From an uncultured Syntrophaceae bacterium (GTDB lineage Bacteria; Desulfobacterota; SM23-61): a DNA stretch of 32,094 bases. A program made the position numbers and the translations under genes. Positions 27,119-32,094 of this stretch are shown here, one piece after another. Under the pieces are notes generated by a model. It was not told where the DNA came from. It saw nothing but the letters and a program-made list of their open reading frames with translations, and searched no databases. The stretch lies in assembly GCA_964537885.1 (NCBI GenBank), contig CAZIDC010000002.1, forward strand, positions 1 to 32,094, given 5' to 3'. Every line of letters begins with the position of its first letter. The stretch's first letter is position 1.

Positions 27119-27737
27119 GAGATTTTGTCCTTATAGCAAGTCCTCATATGACCCTGGTTTCATTATTGCAAAAATGATTTCCTTTAACGGTCCGGCTTCG
27201 GCGATTGAAGAGAAATGGACACCCTCTCCCCAGAATCGTTTTGGTAGGAATGCTTACCTTTTTTCTGGGGGCCCGAGATCCCATCGACAACTGCTGAATA
27301 TATATCGTGAAAACCTGCTGGGTTTGGAAGGTATTTATAACCATAATCTTTTGTTTTCATAAAACTTGTCGTCAGACCCTTAAAAAACTTTAGGCTTTTT
27401 AAGTTATTCGTTGTTTTATGCAGGCCTTTTCATAAACCGCATTAGAATTTTCATCCGTGATTTACCCCGTTGGGAGAGAAGACGGCGAACCTTCTTGCAT
27501 AACCGGTCCTTTCTCATAAATAACTTAGCAAAACTTTAATAGGTTTTCGTTCTATAGACTGACCCAATCCTTGCCTCCCGTAAAGGAGAATTAGTTCTAT
27601 AAAGGACGGGAATATCATTGCAATTGTTCCCCCCATTATGATATAGGGGTTTTTAAAGGGGGATTTTTTAGCTAAGAAGAATCTAAGGGGTTTGGGCGCA
27701 AGACATTCTGCCGGTGCGGAACGAAGGAGGTTTTTCG

Positions 27738-28520
27738 ATGGGGTTACCAAAAAATTTTCCAACCAGGGGAAAACCTCGTTCCTCCCAACGGCCTGAATTT
27801 ATAACCGCTTTCATCGAAAGGTATCGATATTCGGCGCTGGGGGAATTGGTCAAAGGGATCATCCATAATCTGAATGGATCTCTCCAGATATTATCCATGC
27901 AGATGGAACTTCTCGAGAGAATGCTGGTTCGGGAAGGGGAAAAGGTTCCCCCGGCCATTCAAGAACAGATGCGCCGGTGTCTGGAACAACTCGAAAAATT
28001 CAATGGACACCTAAAGGTTTTAATCGAGAAAGGGGTCCATGATGAAGTAGATACTCCCCAGATCATTCAACTCAACGATCTTTTAGAAGAAGAACTTTCC
28101 CTCTTGCACCACAACTTATTTTTTAAACATCAAATCCAGGTGCAAAAAATTCTGGCCCCCGACTTGCCTTATCTGCAAGGGTATTACGTTGACTTCAGTC
28201 AGGGGCTATTGAATCTGATCCATAATGCGGTTGAAGCGATGGAAGAAGCCAGCCTTAAAAAGCTTACCCTGGTTACGGAAAAGAAGGGCGATCAAGTTCA
28301 GATTGTCATTAAAGACACGGGATGCGGGATCTCCCAAAAAATCAGGGACCACCTGTTTCAGCCCTTTGTTACCAGTAAGGGCGGGAAGCATCGGGGGTTA
28401 GGATTATTTATTTCGCGGGAGCTGTTGGCTCGTTACGGAGCTTCCTTCTCTTTCTCCTCGAAGAAGGGAGAAACGACTTTTACGGTTCATTTCCCGACCT
28501 CACGCAATCGGGGGATTTGA
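27738..28520 (+). CDS. Soluble histidine kinase without a recognisable sensor domain (HisKA-like plus HATPase_c)
   Basis: The H-box is LGELVKGIIHNLNGSLQIL, the N-box LLNLIHNAVEAM, and the G-boxes DTGCGIS and HRGLGLFIS. No TM segment is present. The ATG at 27738 lies 7 nt after GAAGGAGG; the track start at 27714 is less likely. Confidence 0.8.
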   Translation: MGLPKNFPTRGKPRSSQRPEFITAFIERYRYSALGELVKGIIHNLNGSLQILSMQMELLERMLVREGEKVPPAIQEQMRRCLEQLEKFNGHLKVLIEKGVHDEVDTPQIIQLNDLLEEELSLLHHNLFFKHQIQVQKILAPDLPYLQGYYVDFSQGLLNLIHNAVEAMEEASLKKLTLVTEKKGDQVQIVIKDTGCGISQKIRDHLFQPFVTSKGGKHRGLGLFISRELLARYGASFSFSSKKGETTFTVHFPTSRNRGI

Positions 28521-28536
28521 AGGGATGGCTGAAGTC

Positions 28537-28581
28537 GCGGGTTCTCTTTCTGGGGCCCGCTTTTTTCCACTCTTCGAGTGG
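28537..28581 (+). terminator. Terminator-like tandem hairpins after the kinase gene
   Basis: GCGGG (28537-28541) pairs with CCCGC (28556-28560), followed by T6 (28561-28566). A second hairpin, CCACTC-ttc-GAGTGG, lies at 28567-28581. Confidence 0.45.
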
Positions 28582-28783
28582 AGAGGGGAATCCGTTGAGG
28601 GGTGACAGGCCACCCAGTGTTCGCTGCCATCCATCTGGACAAAATGGGCCCTTCTTTCCGGCGTTTGGGGAAAACCGCCTTTGGCCAGCGAGGGTGAATT
28701 CGAAGAATCTTTTCCAGGCGGGAAAGAGGAGAGAATAGAAAATGGCTGATAAAAAAGGAAGGGGTTTAAATTTTTCAGATTTA

Positions 28784-29938
28784 TCATCCCCGGGAACTGC
28801 GGATGCGGGAAGCCAATAATAGGCTGATGAGGACACAAGCGAGGCAGGCCAGGCGAACCCCGGAAATGGAAAAGGGAACGTAGAAGAGAGAGAGGATCAG
28901 CGGAGCAACGGCATAGCCCGAGAATTTTAAACAATTGTATACCGAAGCTACTGGCTTGCGCAATTCGGGAACAATCTCCACGGCCAGGGTGTTCAAGGAG
29001 GTCCAGGCTGTGGACGCCCCGGCTCCAAACAAAGCAAACCAGGCAAGATATTGGCCGTAGGAGTATTCCGTCATCTCCAGCCCGAGAATGGCGCTGACCA
29101 TAATTATCCCCCCGGCATAGGCAACAATTTTCCTGCCGAGGCGGTCGCCTATGACCCCAGCAATGGGAGCAACCACCACGCCTGTTGATCCGGTCATCGA
29201 AAGAACGAATCCGATCTTGTCCGAAGGAAGGGAGAAGGTGGTTTTCAAATAATCGGCTATGAAAGTCATCAGGCCGATGTACCCCATAAATAAAAAAAAG
29301 GCTGCCAAGCTCAGAAATTTTACACCGGCATAGGAGAATGATTGCTTCACGTAGGAAAAAGCCTCCCAGAGCCTCCCGGGTTTTACCGTCGATTGATCCC
29401 CTTTGTCGCCTGTAATTCCATAGAGCACCCCAATGGTCGAAGCAAAGGCCATGAGAAAGAAAAAGAACCAAGGCCACCCCAAATACACCTCCAGGAGTCC
29501 GGATATCAATGGCCCCATCGTCACGCCCACCGTATACATGACCCCCAGCAGCCCAATGGCTTTGCCCATTCGCCCCGGTTCTACCATTTCCCCCACCAGG
29601 GCCAGGACGATCGGGGCAATGAAGGCCGCGCCAAAACCTTGGATGAACCGAGCACCCACCAACGTTTCCAGACTGGGGGAGAGGCCGCAGAGAAGTCCTC
29701 CCAGGCTGTATACCCCGAATCCGAAAAGGAGGGTGCGGCGGGTATTGAAGACTTGGGCGATGGATCCGGAAAACAGCTGAAAGATGACGTAGGGAATCAT
29801 GTAAAGGGTAACCGTGAAGGAAACCCATTGAATGCTGACATTCCATTCCCTGGCCAAAACAGGCAAGAGAGTGATCACCCCGACTCCTCCCATGGGACCG
29901 ATCACTGCTCCGAGATAGATGGGGAGAAGACGTCTCAA
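28784..29938 (-). CDS. MFS transporter (12-TM type, substrate unknown)
   Basis: 384 aa and highly hydrophobic, with MFS-like motifs (LFSGSIAQVFNTRRTLLFG, GARFIQGFGAAFIAPIVLALVGEMV, IGDRLGRKIV). Confidence 0.85.
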   Translation of the reverse strand: MRRLLPIYLGAVIGPMGGVGVITLLPVLAREWNVSIQWVSFTVTLYMIPYVIFQLFSGSIAQVFNTRRTLLFGFGVYSLGGLLCGLSPSLETLVGARFIQGFGAAFIAPIVLALVGEMVEPGRMGKAIGLLGVMYTVGVTMGPLISGLLEVYLGWPWFFFFLMAFASTIGVLYGITGDKGDQSTVKPGRLWEAFSYVKQSFSYAGVKFLSLAAFFLFMGYIGLMTFIADYLKTTFSLPSDKIGFVLSMTGSTGVVVAPIAGVIGDRLGRKIVAYAGGIIMVSAILGLEMTEYSYGQYLAWFALFGAGASTAWTSLNTLAVEIVPELRKPVASVYNCLKFSGYAVAPLILSLFYVPFSISGVRLACLACVLISLLLASRIRSSRG

Positions 29939-30108
29939 GTTAAGTGCCTAACCCGGCATAGCCGGAACGAAAAATTCAAAAGGCAAAACTCAAAAGGGTA
30001 TAAAAGGGTTTTCCCGAGCTATTGGCTCGACGGACTTTCTTGCCAATTGGTCCCCGACTTCATTCGTACCGGCTTAAAGTCATTAAAAAAATTATTCCCA
30101 ATATTTTT

Positions 30109-30873
30109 TTATTCCGCTTGGTTCCTGGATTGAATTCTCTTTTGCACCTTTTTCCAGGATTGGGTGATGAGAAAGCTCTCCTCCATGTTGGCGATCATCC
30201 GGACGAACTTGTTCATGGGCACGGAAAAAGTGAGAGCGTCCCCGGGGACGAAGGGTCGCGCTGAAACATCAAACATTCCCAAGACACATCGAGGCCGGTC
30301 GGAAATTTTCTCGCGATAAGGATACTGGACGATGGTACCGCAGCCAGCGGCAAAAGGCGCGAATACCCCATTGGGTTCGGTCTCATCGAAGTTGGCAAGG
30401 GTAAAAAGGCCGGCCAGCACATCCGGCCGGGCGAAAAAAATAACAACCTCCGGCTCATCGGCTGGGAGAAGAAGATCCCACCGTTTGAACACGATGAAAG
30501 AGCCAGGCGCTTGAAAATGCGGCCAGGTTTTCATCGCCTCCTTGACCAGCTCGGGTGTTTTCTTGTAACGCTCCCCTTCCAGTTTTCCAGGAATCCCATA
30601 GGAGAGGAAATATTCGAAATGAGGCATAATCTCTTCGGCAAAGCCGAGGTATCTTTTCCCGCCGAAGCAGCCGACGGATTCCTTGCTGAAACAAAGAGAT
30701 TTCCCTTTTCGTACCCCGTACAAATCTGCCATGAGGCAGCGGTGAACAGAAGAAGGTTTCACCTGTTCGGCATTTTCTTCTGTATGGGTATAGTAAAATA
30801 CAATGGGCAGGTCCGCTCCGTTAAAAAATTTTGTCCAGAGGTCGATAAAATTGTCCCGGATTTTCGTATCCAT
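30109..30873 (-). CDS. DUF169 domain-containing protein
   Basis: The pattern (VHRCLMADLYGVRKGKSLCFSKESVGCFGGKRYLGF...FARPDVLAGLFTLANF...FAAGCGTIVQYP...VLGMFDVSARPFV) matches my recollection of the DUF169 (COG2043) family. The ATG at 30873 lies 7 nt after AGGAGGAGGA. The track ORF starts 17 codons upstream. Confidence 0.8.
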   Translation of the reverse strand: MDTKIRDNFIDLWTKFFNGADLPIVFYYTHTEENAEQVKPSSVHRCLMADLYGVRKGKSLCFSKESVGCFGGKRYLGFAEEIMPHFEYFLSYGIPGKLEGERYKKTPELVKEAMKTWPHFQAPGSFIVFKRWDLLLPADEPEVVIFFARPDVLAGLFTLANFDETEPNGVFAPFAAGCGTIVQYPYREKISDRPRCVLGMFDVSARPFVPGDALTFSVPMNKFVRMIANMEESFLITQSWKKVQKRIQSRNQAE

Positions 30874-30925
30874 CGTTTGCTCCTCCTCCTGGGCGCGAGG
30901 TTTTCTTGCAGGACTTGCGGCCAAT

Positions 30926-31411
30926 TCATTGGCCCTGCTTTTTCATCTCCCGTATCTTTTCCAGAGTATCCCTGTAAATACCTTCTTTCAAGGGATTCAG
31001 TTCAATAGCCTTCCTGGCCAGGCCTTCGGCCTGGTCCAGATTTTCCTTTTTCGTATAATACAGCCAGGCCAGGTTGTTATAGGCATCGGCATTGTTGGAT
31101 TCTTTCCGGATGGCCTTTTGGTAATATTCTTCCGCCTTATCCATCTCCTTTTTCTGGAAATAGGCATTGCCAAGGTGCAGGTAAGCCAGGGGAAGCTTTT
31201 TGGCGGCCAGTTGATATTCTTTTAGGGCGGCATCGAGTTCACCCTGTCTTTCGTAGGCTACGCCGAGGTTCAAATGTTCTTGGGGAGTGAGCGGGTCCTT
31301 GAGAATAATAATTCTCGGTAGGGCGCAGCCGGAAAAAAACAGCAGGACGCAAAGCGCAAAGCGCAGAGCGTAAAAATTTCCTTGCTTATGGAGAAACCGG
31401 GTTCTGATCAT
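30926..31411 (-). CDS. TPR-repeat lipoprotein
   Basis: The lipobox is LLFFSGC. At least three TPR units are present (HLNLGVAYERQGELDAALKEYQLA, YLHLGNAYFQKKEMDKAEEYYQKAI, AYNNLAWLYYTKKENLDQAEGLARKAI). The ATG at 31411 forms an ATGA overlap with the upstream peptidase stop. Confidence 0.8.
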   Translation of the reverse strand: MIRTRFLHKQGNFYALRFALCVLLFFSGCALPRIIILKDPLTPQEHLNLGVAYERQGELDAALKEYQLAAKKLPLAYLHLGNAYFQKKEMDKAEEYYQKAIRKESNNADAYNNLAWLYYTKKENLDQAEGLARKAIELNPLKEGIYRDTLEKIREMKKQGQ

Positions 31412-31956
31412 TGGGGAGTTACCCGAAGAGTCCAGAATTTTGCCCGCTCCCACGTTTTTAAAAAATTATCCAGGGGAATAAACTTATGTTTTTCTTTCCC
31501 GGAATTGGCAATAATGCCCCCCTTGGCGTAGCCCACCACCACCATAAAATGGTCCTGCTCATATACCCAAAACCCGTAATCGACCAGGACGATGAGAGGA
31601 TTTCGGGAATGAATGTTCCGCTGCAAGTCATCCAGATTCCCCTTAAACTGGACGGCTTTCAGCCCCTTCCTCTCCGCATAAAAAATCATATCGATGTCCA
31701 GAGTGCCTTTGGCCTTGGCGCTGAATATCTCAGCGGCGATGTCCGCCGGGGAAACCTGGACCCCCCAGTAATTTAACACGCCGGCAAGCGCGGCCGGGCC
31801 GCATTGATAGGCCTCCTGGGGGTAGAAAGGAACGTTGGGGATAGTGGGGAAGGTTCCGCCTTCCTTTAGGGGAGAAGGCCCAGCGCAGGAAAAGAGCAAA
31901 GAAATTAGCAGAAAAAAAAAGAAGGGGCAACCCTTAACGAGGCCGCCCGTTTTCAT
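31408..31956 (-). CDS. C39-like cysteine peptidase lipoprotein (stand-alone bacteriocin-processing-peptidase fold)
   Basis: The lipoprotein signal is MKTGGLVKGCPFFFFLLISLLFSCAG. The catalytic Cys context is QEAYQCGPAALAGVLNYWG and the His context is HFMVVVGY, typical of Peptidase_C39-like domains. An alternative TTG start lies at 31971. Neither start has a clear SD. Confidence 0.78.
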   Translation of the reverse strand: MKTGGLVKGCPFFFFLLISLLFSCAGPSPLKEGGTFPTIPNVPFYPQEAYQCGPAALAGVLNYWGVQVSPADIAAEIFSAKAKGTLDIDMIFYAERKGLKAVQFKGNLDDLQRNIHSRNPLIVLVDYGFWVYEQDHFMVVVGYAKGGIIANSGKEKHKFIPLDNFLKTWERAKFWTLRVTPQ

Positions 31957-31999
31957 TAATTTATTTGCCAAGGGACCGATTCAACAAGCGGAGGTTTGT

Positions 32000-32094
32000 T
32001 CATTTTACAACAATTCTATGCCCCGTTAGCTGGAGAATTAAAATCACGAGGATGGCAATCACCAAAAGGGCAATCACAATCCCCAAGCCGCTAT
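32000..32094 (-). CDS. 3' end of an upstream gene encoding a hydrophobic C-terminal (TM) tail; 5' part outside the window
   Basis: The minus-strand frame reads ...SGLGIVIALLVIAILVILILQLTGHRIVVK, then TGA (32000-32002). Only 30 codons are visible. Confidence 0.3.
   Translation of the reverse strand, partial: SGLGIVIALLVIAILVILILQLTGHRIVVK

Noticed and set aside
27168-27182. Sigma-54-like element on the minus strand upstream of flgM (GGAAATCATTTTTGC).
   Set aside because: The GG-to-GC distance is 13 nt instead of the invariant 12, and the -24 half lacks TGGCA.
28500-29846. 448-aa ORF on the minus strand, the longest unexplained ORF in the track.
   Set aside because: It lies in an alternative frame of the MFS gene 28784..29938. 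Its composition is R/G/C/H/P-rich with no hydrophobic periodicity, motifs or SD. The MFS frame has clear TM segments and MFS motifs. I treat it as a GC-driven shadow ORF.
29342-30133. 263-aa plus-strand ORF antisense to the MFS gene and running into the DUF169 3' end.
   Set aside because: The translation is low-complexity and basic, with no start context. It fully overlaps two well-supported minus-strand genes.

Overview
The 32 kb window looks bacterial: strong GGAGG ribosome-binding sites, many sigma-54 components, and a Deltaproteobacteria- or Nitrospirota-like protein repertoire. The lineage cannot be established from sequence alone. I found no rRNA, tRNA, CRISPR array, transposase or integrase.

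Gene content, left to right:
1. Tail of an Fe-dependent alcohol dehydrogenase, a small secreted protein, a fused membrane/spermidine-synthase-like protein, and a mini Fis-type HTH ORF.
2. A Cache-PAS histidine kinase and NtrC-type sigma-54 activator operon. It is followed by a textbook sigma-54 promoter with upstream inverted repeats and an IHF-like box. That promoter faces a structured leader, a receiver-only paralogue of the activator, acetyl-CoA synthetase (acs) and an OFA-type MFS transporter.
3. A second Cache-HAMP-PAS kinase and a CheY-like receiver, followed by an Fe-ADH, a LarA-family (nickel-pincer-type) racemase/epimerase homologue, panB and an RNase Z-like MBL hydrolase.
4. A DUF2147 secreted protein and a hybrid kinase.
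5. A clearly AT-richer block of about 6.4 kb (about 22.07-28.5 kb) that contains only regulators. In order: excisionase-type HTH, a second sigma-54 activator, a second sigma-54 promoter, FliN-like protein, FlhG, FliA (sigma-28), FlgM, a 620 bp non-coding spacer, and a sensor-less kinase.
6. A minus-strand cluster: C39-like lipoprotein peptidase, TPR lipoprotein, DUF169 protein and an MFS transporter.

The most interesting candidates are the regulator-only AT-rich island with its encoded sigma-54 to sigma-28 cascade, the sigma-54-driven leader/sRNA candidate with the decoy receiver, the Fe-ADH/LarA-like/panB cluster, and the C39/TPR/DUF169/MFS cluster. All functional calls rest on motif recognition by eye. 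No database search was possible.
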